The notes beneath the pieces were generated by a model, which was given only the letters and a program-made list of their open reading frames with translations, was not told the origin of the DNA and did not search any database. A program made the position numbers and the translations under genes. DNA of 64,000 nt from an uncultured Gammaproteobacteria bacterium (lineage in GTDB: Bacteria; Patescibacteriota; Microgenomatia; UBA12405; JAHJSD01): contig CAYRYE010000001.1 of the NCBI GenBank assembly GCA_964428655.1, forward strand, positions 218,258-282,257, in the 5' to 3' direction. Position 1 is the first letter of the stretch; the number at the start of each line of letters is the position of its first letter. Shown one piece after another: positions 1 to 11,418 of this stretch.

Positions 1-1787
1 ATGGGGAGGTAAAGTTGACCACTACAGGCAGAGTTCTTTTTAATCAAGTCCTACCTGCGGAATTACGGTTTGTGAATGAACCAGTGGGTTCGAACAAAAT
101 CAAGGAGTTAGTTGGTCGAGCTTTTAATATTTTGGCGAGAGAAAAAGTTGTTGATTTGATTGACGCCCTAAAAGATATTGGTTTTTGGGGAGCTACTTAT
201 TCTGGGATATCTCCTTCCATTTTCGATTGCAGCCTACTGGGTGGGAAGGATAAATTAATTAACCAAGCTAATAAAAAAGCTAGCGAGATAGAAAATAACT
301 ATCACCAGGGGTTGATTACTGATGAAGAAAAAACTCAGTTGATTAAAGATATGTGGATTGAAACAACAGAAGAAATTGCCAGCTTGACTTGGCAGCAGTT
401 TTCTCCCGATGCACCGATAAAACTAATTAGTGACGCTGGAATTAAGCGTGTCACTCGAGATCAAATTAAGCAGATTTCAGGCATGAGGGGGTTAGTGGTT
501 GATCCTTTGGGGAGAATAGTTCCCTTGCCAACTAAGTCTAATTTTAGAGAAGGCCTGTCCGTGTTTGAGTATGTGACTGGTGCCCGAGGATCCAGAAAAG
601 GGTTAACTGATACCGCTTTGAAAACTGCTGATGCTGGTTATTTAACCAGGAGGCTGGTTGATGTAGCTCATTCTTGTTTAATTAGAGAAAAGGATTGTAA
701 AACAACAAAAAGATTGACAATTTCTAAATCTGGACCAAGAAAGCAGTCATTTTCTCGGAGAATTATAGGGAGATTTTTAGCTTTCAGCATAAGGGATCCC
801 AAGACCAACAAAGTGATTTTTAAAAAAGGCACTATTCTGAATGAGAAGGCGGTAGATGTAATAGACAAAAAGGGGATCAAAGAAGTGGCTGTCAGATCAC
901 CTTTTCTTTGTCGAAGCAAATATGGGATTTGTACTAAGTGCTATGGTTGGGATCTTTCTACTCGTAAGGAAGTCAAAGTGGGAACGCCGGTGGGAGTAAT
1001 TGCCGCCCAATCAATCGGTGAACCGGGAACCCAGCTTACTATGAGAACAAAGCATATTGGTGGCGTAATTGGATTGGATGTTACTCAGGGTTTACCTCGG
1101 GTTCAAGAGTTATTGGAAGTTCGTGCTCCCAAGAGCCTGTCTCCACTATCTGAGATAGACGGTAAAACTAAAGTTACTGAAACTGATGAAGGCTATAGGA
1201 TAACTGTTACTGGTAAAAAGGGAAAGAAAAAGACAACTGTCTCTTACCTTATTCCCTTAACCAGTTCTTTATTAGTAAAAACGGGTGATTTTATTAGCAA
1301 AGGAGTTCAACTTACTTCTGGCTCCTTAAATATCGAGGGAGTTTTAAAAGTTAGAGGTATTGAGGCGGCTCAATTTTATCTTTTAGGCGAAGTTCAAAAA
1401 GTTTATGAGTCGCAAGGGATTGTTATTCATGATAAGCATTTTGAAATAATTATTCGTGAAATGAGTGGGCGGATTAGGATTACCAACTCAGGAGATACTG
1501 ATTTACTAGTTGGTGAATATGTGGGAGAGCCGGTATTTGAGGACATTAATGAGAAAATTAAGAAGAAAGCTGGGAGACCAGCCAAAGGTAAAAGGACAAT
1601 TCTGGGATTAATTAAAGCCGCTCTTCATACAGATTCTTGGCTTTCGGCTGCCTCTTTTCAGCAAACTACTAATATTTTGACTGAAGCGGCGATTTTAGGG
1701 AAAAAAGATAGTTTGATTGGTTTAAAAGAGAATGTTATTATTGGACGCTTGATTCCAGTTAGCCCTGAAAAGGCAAAAATTAAGTAA
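1..1787 (+). CDS. rpoC: DNA-directed RNA polymerase subunit beta' (C-terminal part; 5' end lies outside the window)
   Basis: Open frame runs from the window edge; protein shows C-terminal beta' motifs ([16 protein letters not shown]...) and lies directly upstream of rpsL-rpsG-fusA as in the canonical arrangement. Confidence 0.9.
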   Translation, partial: GEVKLTTTGRVLFNQVLPAELRFVNEPVGSNKIKELVGRAFNILAREKVVDLIDALKDIGFWGATYSGISPSIFDCSLLGGKDKLINQANKKASEIENNYHQGLITDEEKTQLIKDMWIETTEEIASLTWQQFSPDAPIKLISDAGIKRVTRDQIKQISGMRGLVVDPLGRIVPLPTKSNFREGLSVFEYVTGARGSRKGLTDTALKTADAGYLTRRLVDVAHSCLIREKDCKTTKRLTISKSGPRKQSFSRRIIGRFLAFSIRDPKTNKVIFKKGTILNEKAVDVIDKKGIKEVAVRSPFLCRSKYGICTKCYGWDLSTRKEVKVGTPVGVIAAQSIGEPGTQLTMRTKHIGGVIGLDVTQGLPRVQELLEVRAPKSLSPLSEIDGKTKVTETDEGYRITVTGKKGKKKTTVSYLIPLTSSLLVKTGDFISKGVQLTSGSLNIEGVLKVRGIEAAQFYLLGEVQKVYESQGIVIHDKHFEIIIREMSGRIRITNSGDTDLLVGEYVGEPVFEDINEKIKKKAGRPAKGKRTILGLIKAALHTDSWLSAASFQQTTNILTEAAILGKKDSLIGLKENVIIGRLIPVSPEKAKIK

Positions 1788-1809
1788 TGTTAAGGTTTTC
1801 GTTAATTTA

Positions 1810-2259
1810 ATGCCAACATTTAATCAACTGGTACGAAAGGGTAGGAAAAAACCAAGAAAGAAGATAAAAAGCTCCGCTTTGCGTGGTTCCTTTAATTCAA
1901 TTAGAGGAAAGGTGGTTAGTTCAATTTCTTCTCAAAAGCGGGGAGTGGTTACTTTGGTTAAAACCATGCCTCCTAAAAAACCCCACTCAGCTTTGCGTAA
2001 GGTAGCCAGAGTAAGACTTTCCAATAGAAGAGAGGTAACTGCCTACATTCCTGGTGTTGGCCACAACTTAGCCGAGCATGCTGTGGTTTTAATCCGGGGC
2101 GGCAGAGTTAGGGATTTACCAGGGGTTCGTTATCATGTTGTTCGCGGTGTTGCCGATAGTAGCGGAGTAGCAGGTAGGGAAAAGAAACGGAGTAAATATG
2201 GGACTAAAAGGAACGACGTTTCTGAGGAGGAAAACAAAAAGGAGGAAAAAGATGCCTAG
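1810..2259 (+). CDS. rpsL: 30S ribosomal protein S12, with an acidic/Lys-rich C-terminal extension
   Basis: [11 protein letters not shown]...KKPNSALRK...GVRYH motifs; str operon context. Confidence 0.93.
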   Translation: MPTFNQLVRKGRKKPRKKIKSSALRGSFNSIRGKVVSSISSQKRGVVTLVKTMPPKKPHSALRKVARVRLSNRREVTAYIPGVGHNLAEHAVVLIRGGRVRDLPGVRYHVVRGVADSSGVAGREKKRSKYGTKRNDVSEEENKKEEKDA

Positions 2260-2731
2260 AAGAGGCTCCGTTAAAAGGAGAACTATTCCACAAGATTTAG
2301 TTTTTAAGAGTGTTTTGGTGTCTCGATTAATCAATCAGGTGATGAAAAGCGGTAAGAAGACTATTGCCCGGAAACATGTTTATCGAGCTTTTGAGATAGT
2401 CAGAGAAAAAACAAAGCTGGAGCCGATTCTTGTTTTTAATAAAGCTGTTGATAATGTTAGACCAAGAGTGGAAGTTAGATCGAGAAGAGTAGGTGGAGCC
2501 GCTTATCAGGTGCCTAGGCCGGTTAGAGGATTAAGACAGGACTCGTTGGCTCTTCGCTGGATTATAGTTGCGGCTAGGGAGAGACCAAACAAGGATTATC
2601 ATACTTTTGCTGAAAAACTGGCCGCCGAACTCATTGATGCTTTTGAAGAAACCGGTGGCGCTTTTAATAAAAAACGAGAAGTTGAAAAAATAGCAGAAGC
2701 TAATAGGGCTTTTGCCCATCTTCGTTGGTAA
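2252..2731 (+). CDS. rpsG: 30S ribosomal protein S7
   Basis: MPRRG...KSGKK...AF start preceded by AAGGAGG; overlaps the rpsL stop by 8 nt; S7 family sequence. Confidence 0.9.
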   Translation: MPRRGSVKRRTIPQDLVFKSVLVSRLINQVMKSGKKTIARKHVYRAFEIVREKTKLEPILVFNKAVDNVRPRVEVRSRRVGGAAYQVPRPVRGLRQDSLALRWIIVAARERPNKDYHTFAEKLAAELIDAFEETGGAFNKKREVEKIAEANRAFAHLRW

Positions 2732-2759
2732 TATTGGAACATTAAGTTAGCATTAAGAT

Positions 2760-4865
2760 ATGAATCAGCAGCGAATAGAAGTAACTAAAAATAGGGATGT
2801 TCCTATGGAGAAAATCAGGAACATTGGTGTTATTGCCCACATTGATGCTGGTAAGACAACTACCACTGAACGAATTTTGTTTTACACAGGCAGGACTTAT
2901 AAGATGGGCAATATTGACGATGGAACTACGGTTACTGATTGGATGGACCAAGAGAAGGAAAGAGGGATTACCATTGTTTCTGCGGCAGTGACTGCTTTTT
3001 GGAAGGAATATAGGTTCAATATCATCGATACTCCAGGCCATGTCGATTTTACTGCCGAAGTCGAAAGATCTTTGCGAGTTTTAGATGGAGCTATTATGGT
3101 TTTTGATGCTGAAGAAGGAGTTCAGGCTCAGTCGGAAACCGTTTGGCATCAAGCTGACAGGTATAAGGTGCCGAGATTGGTTTTTGCCAATAAAATGGAT
3201 AAATTAGGAGCAGATTTTGACAATACCATTGAAATGATTAAAAACAGGCTGGTGGCTAAGCCGGCAATTGTTGCTTATCCAGTAGGTAAGGAACAGGATT
3301 TTAAGGGAGTAATTTTGGTTTTGGAGAAAAAGATGTTGATTTGGGATAAAGGGGAAATGGGAACAGAATATTCAACAGTTAATGTTGCTGATGAGTATCA
3401 AGAGAAAATTGAAAAAATTAGAGCAAAGTTGATTGAAGATATCTGTGGCGAAGATGAGGGACTAATGGAGAAATTTTTGAATAACGAAGAACCAAGTTTG
3501 GAAGAGCTAAAGGCAGGGCTGAGGAAAGCAGTTATTGCCAATAAGTTGGTTCCCGTCTATTGCGGTAGCGCTCTCCGCAATAAAGGTGTTCAACCTCTTT
3601 TGGATGGAGTAATAGATTATCTTCCCTCTCCCTTGGATTTGCCTCCGGTTAAAGGTGTCAATCCTAAAACAGGAGAGGAAGAAAGAAGATCCCCTAAAAA
3701 AGAGGAGCCCTTTTCGGCCCTTCTGTTTAAGGTTCAAACTGATCCCCATGTGGGCAAGCTTTCCTATTTAAGAATTTATTCCGGTAAATTGAAAAGTGCT
3801 TCGACTGTTTATAATGCCTCTAAAAAAAGCTCTGAGAGGATAGGCAGACTATTATTAATGCATGCCAATAAAAGAGAAGGAATTGAGGAGGCATTCGCTG
3901 GAGAAATAGTTGCCGCTGTTGGTCTTAAAGAATCTGCAACTGGGGATACACTTTGTCAGCAGGGACAAACAATTAATTTTGAGTCGATAAGCTTTCCTGA
4001 TCCAGTTATCTCTTTGGCGATTGAACCGGAAACAAAATCAGATCAGGAAAAACTTAGTGCAGCTTTAAGTAAATTAGGCGAGGAAGACCCTACTTTTAAA
4101 ACCAAGATTGATCATGAGACGGGTCAGACAATTATCTCCGGGATGGGAGAACTTCATTTGGAAATTTTGGTTGAGAGAATGAAACGAGAGTTTAGCATTC
4201 ATGTTAATGTTGGCAAGCCCCAGATTGCTTATCGAGAGACTATTACTGAAGCAGAGTCTGGTGAGGGAAAATATATTCGACAAACTGGCGGTCGGGGTCA
4301 ATATGGCCATTGTTTTTTACGAATTGAGCCCCTAGAGAGGGGCGGCGGTTTTGAATTTGAATCTAAAATTAAAGGAGCAGCAATTCCGGCTAATTTTATT
4401 CCAGCAATAAAAAAGGGTGTTAGAGAGGCAATGGAGAAAGGTGTTGTTGCGGGTTATCCTTTGGTTGACATGAGGATAGTTGTTTATGATGGCAGCTATC
4501 ATGACGTTGACTCTTCTGATTTGGCTTTTAAGATTGCCGGCTCGATTGCCTTACAGGCGGCGGTTAAAAAAGCGGTTCCTGTCATTTTGGAACCAATTAT
4601 GAAGCTTGAGGTAAACGCACCTGAAGAATTTCTTGGTCAAGTTATTGGCGATCTTTCTTCAAGAAGGGCTCAGATCCTGGGTACGGAAGATAGGGGCCAA
4701 TTAAAGATAATTAGTTGCTTAATTCCTCTTGAGGCCGCTCGAGGCTATGCTACAATAATAAGGAGTCTAACTCAGGGTCGGGGCTCTTTCTACATGGAGC
4801 CTTCGCATTATCAAGGAGTGCCTAAAAATGTCCAGGAGGATATTATTGCAAAAAAGACAGCCTAA
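2760..4865 (+). CDS. fusA: Elongation factor G
   Basis: G-domain motifs AHIDAGKTT, DTPGHVDF, NKMD; 701 aa; follows rpsG. Confidence 0.95.
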   Translation: MNQQRIEVTKNRDVPMEKIRNIGVIAHIDAGKTTTTERILFYTGRTYKMGNIDDGTTVTDWMDQEKERGITIVSAAVTAFWKEYRFNIIDTPGHVDFTAEVERSLRVLDGAIMVFDAEEGVQAQSETVWHQADRYKVPRLVFANKMDKLGADFDNTIEMIKNRLVAKPAIVAYPVGKEQDFKGVILVLEKKMLIWDKGEMGTEYSTVNVADEYQEKIEKIRAKLIEDICGEDEGLMEKFLNNEEPSLEELKAGLRKAVIANKLVPVYCGSALRNKGVQPLLDGVIDYLPSPLDLPPVKGVNPKTGEEERRSPKKEEPFSALLFKVQTDPHVGKLSYLRIYSGKLKSASTVYNASKKSSERIGRLLLMHANKREGIEEAFAGEIVAAVGLKESATGDTLCQQGQTINFESISFPDPVISLAIEPETKSDQEKLSAALSKLGEEDPTFKTKIDHETGQTIISGMGELHLEILVERMKREFSIHVNVGKPQIAYRETITEAESGEGKYIRQTGGRGQYGHCFLRIEPLERGGGFEFESKIKGAAIPANFIPAIKKGVREAMEKGVVAGYPLVDMRIVVYDGSYHDVDSSDLAFKIAGSIALQAAVKKAVPVILEPIMKLEVNAPEEFLGQVIGDLSSRRAQILGTEDRGQLKIISCLIPLEAARGYATIIRSLTQGRGSFYMEPSHYQGVPKNVQEDIIAKKTA

Positions 4866-4928
4866 TGGTAGAATTTTAAAGCGAAATTAAAGTTTAGTTA
4901 AATTTTTTGATTTTTTCAAGGAGGTATT

Positions 4929-6116
4929 ATGGCTGATGCATTTAAGAGAGATAAACCACATGTTAATGTGGGAACAATTGGGCACATTGATCATGGTAAG
5001 ACTACCCTCACCGCGGCGATTTTGAAAGTTTTAGAGGAAAAAGGGCAGGCTGAGTTTAAATCGTATGAAGATATTGCCAAGGGTGGTGTTGTTCGTGATC
5101 AAAGTAAGATTTTAACTGTTTCCGTGGCTCACGTTGAGTATGAGACAGAAAAACGGCATTATGCCCATATTGATTGTCCGGGGCATGCCGACTACATTAA
5201 GAATATGATCACTGGAGCTGCTCAGATGGATGGGGCTATTTTGGTTGTTTCTGCCCCAGATGGGCCAATGCCTCAAACCAGGGAACACGTTTTATTAGCC
5301 AAACAAGTTAATGTTCCGGCAATTGTTGTTTTTCTCAACAAGGTTGAATTAGTTGACGATGCCGAATTTCTTGATTTGGTTGAGATGGAAATTAGGGAAC
5401 TTTTAAAGAAATATGAATTTAAAGGAGATAAAATTCCCATCATTCATGGTTCTGCCCTTAAAGCGCTTAAAGGTGATGAAAAAGCCAAGAAATCGATCTT
5501 AGAGCTGATGAAGGCAGTTGATGAGCATATCCCCACTCCTAAGCGTGATTTAGATAAGCCATTTTTGATGCCGATTGAGGACGTTTTCTCAATTAAAGGC
5601 AGAGGGACGGTAGTTACTGGAAGAATTGATAGGGGTAAGGTTAAGGTTAATGATGAGGTTGAAATTGTTGGCCTACTCGATACTAGAAAGACAGTTGTCA
5701 CTGGAATAGAGATGTTCCACAAAAGTTTAAAAGAGGGACAAGCAGGTGACAACGCTGGCGTTCTCCTCAGAGGAATAGAAAAGAAAGACATAGAGAGGGG
5801 AGTGGTTTTGGCTAAGCCGGGATCAATTACACCTCATACTAAAGTTGAGGCGGAGATTTATGTCCTTAAAAAAGAGGAGGGGGGTCGGCACACTCCATTT
5901 TTCTCTGGATACAGGCCTCAAATTTATATTCGAACCACCGATGTTACTGGTGAAATTACTCTCCCCGATGGAGTGGAAATGGTTATGCCTGGCGACAATG
6001 CCACGGTAACTATTAAATTGATTAAGCCGGTGGCGCTTGAACAGGGGTCTACTTTTGCTATTCGGGAAGGCGGCAAGACTGTAGGGGCGGGAGTAGTTGC
6101 TAAGGTTTTAAAATAA
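4929..6116 (+). CDS. tuf: Elongation factor Tu
   Basis: [26 protein letters not shown] motifs; 395 aa; strong SD AAGGAGG. Confidence 0.96.
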   Translation: MADAFKRDKPHVNVGTIGHIDHGKTTLTAAILKVLEEKGQAEFKSYEDIAKGGVVRDQSKILTVSVAHVEYETEKRHYAHIDCPGHADYIKNMITGAAQMDGAILVVSAPDGPMPQTREHVLLAKQVNVPAIVVFLNKVELVDDAEFLDLVEMEIRELLKKYEFKGDKIPIIHGSALKALKGDEKAKKSILELMKAVDEHIPTPKRDLDKPFLMPIEDVFSIKGRGTVVTGRIDRGKVKVNDEVEIVGLLDTRKTVVTGIEMFHKSLKEGQAGDNAGVLLRGIEKKDIERGVVLAKPGSITPHTKVEAEIYVLKKEEGGRHTPFFSGYRPQIYIRTTDVTGEITLPDGVEMVMPGDNATVTIKLIKPVALEQGSTFAIREGGKTVGAGVVAKVLK

Positions 6117-6130
6117 TAGAATAAACAGAA

Positions 6131-6442
6131 ATGCCTAAAGGCAATAGTATTAGAGTACGTTTAAAAGCATGGGATCATCGAGTAATCGATGAAGCAGCGG
6201 CTAAGATAATCCAGGTGGCTATAAACACTGGGGCAAGAATAGTTGGCCCGGTGCCATTGCCAACTAGGCGCAAATTGTTTGTGGTTACCGTTAGTCCTCA
6301 TACTGATAAGGATGCTCGGGAACACTTTGAGCTTTTAACTCATCAGCGCTTCATTGAGATTAAAGATGCTGGCATGAGAACAATAGATGGTTTACAACAT
6401 TTAGAATTACCAGCAGGAGTAGAGATAACAATCAAAATGTAA
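6131..6442 (+). CDS. rpsJ: 30S ribosomal protein S10
   Basis: IRVRLKAWDHRVID...family signature; first gene of the S10 block. Confidence 0.93.
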   Translation: MPKGNSIRVRLKAWDHRVIDEAAAKIIQVAINTGARIVGPVPLPTRRKLFVVTVSPHTDKDAREHFELLTHQRFIEIKDAGMRTIDGLQHLELPAGVEITIKM

Positions 6443-6470
6443 TTTTAGAGAGGTAATTTTTAGTTTTTTC

Positions 6471-6492
6471 GGGGGCCTCTGGCCCCCTTTTT
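6471..6492 (+). terminator. GC-rich hairpin plus T-run between rpsJ and rplC (intrinsic terminator / possible attenuator)
   Basis: GGGGGCC-TCT-GGCCCCC followed by TTTTTG, seen directly in the sequence. Confidence 0.6.
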
Positions 6493-6501
6493 GTTTATAT
6501 T

Positions 6502-7149
6502 ATGAAAGGATTTTTGGTTAAGAAACTGGGCATGACGCATAAATTCCGTCAAGACGGAACTTTGGTGGCAGCTACTATTTGTCGGGCAGCTCCGTGCTTT
6601 GTTGTGGGCTTAGGAGCAAAAGATGAAAATGGTAATTTAGCAGTCCAATTAGCCGCTGGTAGAAAAAAACGGATTAATAAGCCCTTATCAGGTCAGATGG
6701 GAAAAGCAGGTGTAAACTTTGCTCCCGAAATTATCCGTGAGTTCAGGTTGAGCGCTAAAGACAAAATACCTAAGTTGGGGGGGGAAATTATGGTTTCAAA
6801 AGTTATTTCTCCCGGGATGTTTGTTGATGTGATTGGTGTCAGTAAAGGGCGGGGATTTGCTGGGGTTATTAAGCGCTGGGGATTTCATAGTCAACCGGCC
6901 ACTCATGGTCAGAGGGATAGGGAACGTTCTCCGGGTTCTATCGGGGCTCAAACCCCAGGAAGGGTGATTAAAGGCAAGAAAATGCCGGGTCACTTAGGCA
7001 ACCGGAGAAAAACTGTTCTTAATCTGGAAATTCTCTCGGTTGATAATAAAAAGGGAGAAATTCTAATTAAGGGGGCGGTGCCTGGATTTAAAGGTGGATG
7101 GTTGTTAGTTTTGGTGAAGAGAAAACTAAATGACAAAGAAAAATCTTAA
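6502..7149 (+). CDS. rplC: 50S ribosomal protein L3
   Basis: MKGFLVKKLGMT...L3 family; operon position. Confidence 0.92.
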   Translation: MKGFLVKKLGMTHKFRQDGTLVAATICRAAPCFVVGLGAKDENGNLAVQLAAGRKKRINKPLSGQMGKAGVNFAPEIIREFRLSAKDKIPKLGGEIMVSKVISPGMFVDVIGVSKGRGFAGVIKRWGFHSQPATHGQRDRERSPGSIGAQTPGRVIKGKKMPGHLGNRRKTVLNLEILSVDNKKGEILIKGAVPGFKGGWLLVLVKRKLNDKEKS

Positions 7150-7798
7150 ACTGCCGGTTCTGGATATATCGGGAAAAACTATCAAGGAGATGGTTTTGCC
7201 GGAGAAAATTTTTTCAGCTAAGCTGAATTTGCCTTTAATGGCTCAGGCAGTTAGGATTTATCTCCTGAATCAGAGGAAAGCTTTTGCCAAGGTTAAGACT
7301 CGAGGTGAGGTTCGTGGTTCTGGGAGGAAAATTTGGCGTCAAAAGGGAACTGGTCAAGCCAGACACGGTGATCGCTATGCTCCTATTTTTGTTGGTGGTG
7401 GCCGGGCTCACGGGCCTAAAGGTAATCAGGCCTACCGGTTAAAAATGAGTAAAAAAATGAAACGAGCCGCTTTATTTAGCGCTTTGACAGCGAAACTAAA
7501 TGATAAAAGGATACTTATTGTTGAAGGTTTAAAGGATATTCAACCAAAAACTAAAAATTCCCGAGAAATTTTGATTCAAATTTTTGGCAAGGAATTTGAC
7601 GAGACCAAAAAGCACCTCTTGGTTTTGCCGGAAAGATGGCCCAAAACAATAATGGGCTTCAGGAATCTTTCCTCAATTAATTTTTCCCTAGCCAGCAACC
7701 TCAACACTTACCAGGTTTTAAATAATGAGTGGCTGATACTTGTGCCGGATTCGATTAAAAAGATAGCTGAAAGAGTCAAGGAGAAAAAAAATGGATGA
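7130..7798 (+). CDS. rplD: 50S ribosomal protein L4
   Basis: L4 family sequence (GTGQARHG...GGGRAHGP); position between L3 and L23. Confidence 0.9.
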   Translation: MTKKNLKLPVLDISGKTIKEMVLPEKIFSAKLNLPLMAQAVRIYLLNQRKAFAKVKTRGEVRGSGRKIWRQKGTGQARHGDRYAPIFVGGGRAHGPKGNQAYRLKMSKKMKRAALFSALTAKLNDKRILIVEGLKDIQPKTKNSREILIQIFGKEFDETKKHLLVLPERWPKTIMGFRNLSSINFSLASNLNTYQVLNNEWLILVPDSIKKIAERVKEKKNG

Positions 7799-8087
7799 TT
7801 ATCATGTCATTTTAAAACCAGTAAGGACTGAAAAAAGTCTAAAAGATCAAGAGAATAATCGCTATCTCTTTTGGGTTGATCCTAAGGCAACTAAGAATCA
7901 GATTAAAAGGGCATTTAAAAAATTGTTTGGCATTGAACCCCTTGCGGTTCGAACAATGCTGTTAAAGGGTCAAACAAAATTATTGCGGTCTCAGAACAGG
8001 CTTGTTAGAGCTCCAAAGAGAAAAAAGGCAATTATCCAATTAAGGGAAAAGGAAAAGATTCCGTTAGTAGTTTCAAAGAGTAAATAA
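7791..8087 (+). CDS. rplW: 50S ribosomal protein L23
   Basis: Size, position and L23-like sequence (VILKPVRTEKS...). Confidence 0.88.
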   Translation: MDDYHVILKPVRTEKSLKDQENNRYLFWVDPKATKNQIKRAFKKLFGIEPLAVRTMLLKGQTKLLRSQNRLVRAPKRKKAIIQLREKEKIPLVVSKSK

Positions 8088-8088
8088 A

Positions 8089-8859
8089 ATGACTCGTAGG
8101 TTGATCAAGAGATTGGTTAAGATCAAAAAAAAGAAAAGCGGCCGGGACAGCCGGGGCAGGATAAGTGTTCGTCACCAGGGCGGCCAGCATAAACGCTACA
8201 TTAGGTTGATTGACTGGAAGAGAAGCAAAAGAGATATCTCTGGTAAGGTTGCTGGTATTGAATATGATCCTAATAGGAGCGCCAATATTGCTCTTATCGT
8301 TTACCCGGATGGGGAGAAAAAATATATTATTGCTCCGGTAGAGCTTAAGGTTGGTGATAAGATAATATCTAGTGAAAAGGCAGAAATTAAGCTTGGTAAT
8401 GCGCTGCCATTGAAGAGTATCCCTGTTGGAGTACCGATTCATAATCTGGAAATCATTCCGGGTAAGGGCGCTCAAATAGTTCGAGGCGCCGGAGTTCACG
8501 CTTTTATTAAAAGTAAGAGCAAAAAAAGAGCCAAGGTCAAGCTTCCTTCTGGCGAGATAAGGCTCTTTTCTCTTAAATGTTGGGCTACAATCGGCCGGGG
8601 GGATAATGTTGATCACAAATTTAGAAAGTTGAAAAAGGCTGGTGACAAAAGACATCGGGGCGTTAGGCCAGCAGTTAGGGGTGTAGCTCAGCATCCTGGT
8701 TCTCACCCCCATGGCGGCGGCGAGGGTAGATCACCGATCGGAATGAGTTCGCCAAAATCACCTTGGGGAAAGAAAACTTTAGGTAAGAAAACTAGGAAAA
8801 GAAAAAAATATTCTGATAAGTTAATTGTTTCTGCCAGAGGCAGGAAAAGGAGGAAATAA
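8089..8859 (+). CDS. rplB: 50S ribosomal protein L2
   Basis: [13 protein letters not shown]..., HPHGGGEGR motifs; Lys/Arg-rich C-terminal tail. Confidence 0.94.
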   Translation: MTRRLIKRLVKIKKKKSGRDSRGRISVRHQGGQHKRYIRLIDWKRSKRDISGKVAGIEYDPNRSANIALIVYPDGEKKYIIAPVELKVGDKIISSEKAEIKLGNALPLKSIPVGVPIHNLEIIPGKGAQIVRGAGVHAFIKSKSKKRAKVKLPSGEIRLFSLKCWATIGRGDNVDHKFRKLKKAGDKRHRGVRPAVRGVAQHPGSHPHGGGEGRSPIGMSSPKSPWGKKTLGKKTRKRKKYSDKLIVSARGRKRRK

Positions 8860-8861
8860 TT

Positions 8862-9146
8862 ATGTCTCGCAGCTCAAAGAAGGGACCATATATTGATGAA
8901 AAGTTATTAAAAAAGGTGATGGTCCAAAAAAAAGCGGGCGATAAGGGTGCTATTAAAACATGGGCTAGGAATTCTCAGATTCCTCCAGAGTTTGTTGGTC
9001 ACACCTTTGAAGTTCATAACGGCAGAAAGTTCATTAAGGTATTTGTTACCGAGGAGATGGTTGGCCATCGCTTAGGTGAATTTTCTCCTACGAGAACATT
9101 TAGAGGCCACGGAAAAGTTGTTAAGAGAATTGTTGAGAAAACATAA
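8862..9146 (+). CDS. rpsS: 30S ribosomal protein S19
   Basis: [11 protein letters not shown]...[12 protein letters not shown]... Confidence 0.94.
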   Translation: MSRSSKKGPYIDEKLLKKVMVQKKAGDKGAIKTWARNSQIPPEFVGHTFEVHNGRKFIKVFVTEEMVGHRLGEFSPTRTFRGHGKVVKRIVEKT

Positions 9147-9161
9147 TTTAATTATCAATTA

Positions 9162-9542
9162 TTGATGAATAAAAATAAAATAATTAAAAAAAAATTAATC
9201 GAGGTGAAAACTGAAGCAAAGTATTTGCCGATTTCGGCGCGGAAATTGAGATTGATTGTTAATGAGATTAAGGAAATGAAGCCCAGTGAGGCGCTGAGGA
9301 AGTTGGCTTTTCTGAATAAAAAAGGAGCCCGATTTTTGATTAAAGCGATTAAAACAGTGATAGCCGATTCGAAATATAATTTTAAGTTGAATAAAGATAG
9401 CCTTTGTTTTAAGGAGATTTTGGTTAATAAGGGGCCGAGCTTGAAGAGAAGGGACAAGTCTCATGGGGCCCGTTTTCATAGCGGCGTTATTAAGAAATCA
9501 AGAGCTCATTTAGTAGTTAAGGTTGTTGGAGAGAAGGAGTAA
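9162..9542 (+). CDS. rplV: 50S ribosomal protein L22
   Basis: Position between S19 and S3; L22-like sequence (ISARKLRLIVNEI...). Confidence 0.88.
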   Translation: MMNKNKIIKKKLIEVKTEAKYLPISARKLRLIVNEIKEMKPSEALRKLAFLNKKGARFLIKAIKTVIADSKYNFKLNKDSLCFKEILVNKGPSLKRRDKSHGARFHSGVIKKSRAHLVVKVVGEKE

Positions 9543-10192
9543 TGGGTCAAAAAGTTAACCCGATTAGTTTTAGACTAGGTGTAAAGGGAAGTTCATCTCA
9601 ATGGAAATCTCAGTGGTTTGCCAAGAAAAGAGACTACAAGAAGTTTATTATTGAGGATCTTAGAATCAGACAATTTTTAGAAGAGAGGTTAAAGTTGGCT
9701 GGCCTAATAGATATCAAAATCGAGCGGCTTAAGAATCAAATAAAAATAATTATTCAGGCTAGCCGTCCTGGTGTGATTATTGGTCGAGGCGGTAAGGGAT
9801 TGGAAGATTTAAAAAAACATCTAATTAAATTAGTGACTATTGCTGAGCCGGAAAAGAATTTGGAGATAGAAGTTGAAGAAGTTAAAAATGCGGAACTATC
9901 AGCAAGATTTATTACCAATAGAGTTATCAATCAAATTGAGAGGAGAATGCCTTATCGCCGGATAGCTTATCGAGCCATGGAGTCGGTAATGAATGCTGGC
10001 GCTTTAGGGATAAGGCTGGTTCTTTCTGGTCGTATTGCTGGAGTTGAAGTCTCTCGAGTGGAAAAGTTTTCTCGAGGCAAAGTTCCATTAAGTTCAATTA
10101 GAGCTGATATTGACTACTTCGAGAAACCGGCTCTGACAAGATCTGGATATATTGGTGTTAAGGTTTATATTAATCGAGGCGAAAGAGATTGA
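9542..10192 (+). CDS. rpsC: 30S ribosomal protein S3
   Basis: [13 protein letters not shown]..., KH domain GRGGKG. Confidence 0.94.
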   Translation: MGQKVNPISFRLGVKGSSSQWKSQWFAKKRDYKKFIIEDLRIRQFLEERLKLAGLIDIKIERLKNQIKIIIQASRPGVIIGRGGKGLEDLKKHLIKLVTIAEPEKNLEIEVEEVKNAELSARFITNRVINQIERRMPYRRIAYRAMESVMNAGALGIRLVLSGRIAGVEVSRVEKFSRGKVPLSSIRADIDYFEKPALTRSGYIGVKVYINRGERD

Positions 10193-10605
10193 TGCTGCAG
10201 CCGAAAAAAACAAAGTATCGAAAGCAATTCAGAGGCCGAATGAAGGGAAAGAGTGTTGCTGGCTCGAGGATAAATTTTGGCGAGTTTGGCCTAAAGAGTC
10301 TTGGCAGGGGTTGGCTGAGTGCGGCTCAGATTGAAGCAGGCAGAAGGGCGATTACTCACTATACTAAAAGAAAAGCCAAGGTTTGGATTAGGGTTTTTCC
10401 CGATAAACCGGTCACTAAGAAAGCGCCAGGCGCGCCAATGGGAGCGGGAAAAGGCGATATCGATCATTGGGTGGTAGTTGTTAAGCCGGGAAGGATTTTA
10501 TTTGAGTTAAGAGGTGTTCCTTCCGATGTGGCCAAAGAAGCCTTAAGGAGAGCCGGACATAAGTTGCCGTTTAAGACCAAGATTATTAGCAAGGGGAAAG
10601 AATGA
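10189..10605 (+). CDS. rplP: 50S ribosomal protein L16
   Basis: [19 protein letters not shown]... Confidence 0.94.
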   Translation: MMLQPKKTKYRKQFRGRMKGKSVAGSRINFGEFGLKSLGRGWLSAAQIEAGRRAITHYTKRKAKVWIRVFPDKPVTKKAPGAPMGAGKGDIDHWVVVVKPGRILFELRGVPSDVAKEALRRAGHKLPFKTKIISKGKE

Positions 10606-10817
10606 AAAAAAAGAGAAAGATAGAATTGCGGGGGAAAACCATTGCCGAACTAAAATTAGATCTGGAAAAAAGACAGAAGGGTTTGGTTGAAGCTAGATTC
10701 AAATTAGCCCAGGAGCAGTTGAAAGATGTTCACTTGCCTGCCAAAATTAGACACGAAATCACAGTTATAAAAACTATTATTAGTGAGAAATCTACTCTGG
10801 GGGGGAATAAAAAATGA
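10602..10817 (+). CDS. rpmC: 50S ribosomal protein L29
   Basis: 71 aa, L29-like coiled-coil; operon position. Confidence 0.85.
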   Translation: MKKKRKIELRGKTIAELKLDLEKRQKGLVEARFKLAQEQLKDVHLPAKIRHEITVIKTIISEKSTLGGNKK

Positions 10818-11053
10818 GAAAACAATTTGTAGGGGAGGTCGTTTCTGACAAAATGTCCAAAACAGTGGTTGTTTTAGTTAGGCGAAAAACACGACACCCT
10901 CTTTACCGAAAAGTAATTTCTAAAAGAAAGAAGCTTTACGCCGATAATAAAAAAGGAGCTAAGCTTGGCGACCAGGTCAGAATTGAAGAAACTCGGCCTT
11001 TGAGTCGGTTGAAAAGGTTTAAAGTTATTGAAGTTATTAAGAACCCAAAATGA
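10814..11053 (+). CDS. rpsQ: 30S ribosomal protein S17
   Basis: 79 aa, S17-like (GEVVSDKMSKTVVV...); operon position. Confidence 0.88.
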   Translation: MRKQFVGEVVSDKMSKTVVVLVRRKTRHPLYRKVISKRKKLYADNKKGAKLGDQVRIEETRPLSRLKRFKVIEVIKNPK

Positions 11054-11418
11054 TTCAACTGAGAAGTATTCTTAAGCCAGCTGACAATGTAGGTGTAAAA
11101 AAATTAATGGTCATTCATGTTATGGGTGGTTCCAAGAGAAGAACGGGTAGTCTTGGCGACTTAGCAGTAGCCACTGTCAAGGAAGCCTTGCCTAATGGCG
11201 TAATTAAAAAAGGTGAAAAGGTTCGGGTAGTAATTGTTAGGGCTAGAAAAGAAAGGCGAAGAAAAGATGGCTCATCGATCCGGTTTGATGATAATGCTGC
11301 CGTTATTGTTGATAAACAGGGCAACCCAAAAGGAAGCAGGATTTTTGGTCCGGTGGCCAGAGAAGTAAAAGAAGCTGGTTTTAGTAAAATTGCCGCTATG
11401 GCAAAGGAGCTAATATGA
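11050..11418 (+). CDS. rplN: 50S ribosomal protein L14
   Basis: MIQLRSILKPADN...VIVRARKE... Confidence 0.93.
   Translation: MIQLRSILKPADNVGVKKLMVIHVMGGSKRRTGSLGDLAVATVKEALPNGVIKKGEKVRVVIVRARKERRRKDGSSIRFDDNAAVIVDKQGNPKGSRIFGPVAREVKEAGFSKIAAMAKELI

Noticed and set aside
10152-10334. 60-aa ORF at the S3/L16 junction
   Set aside because: Alternate frame inside rpsC/rplP. Spurious.
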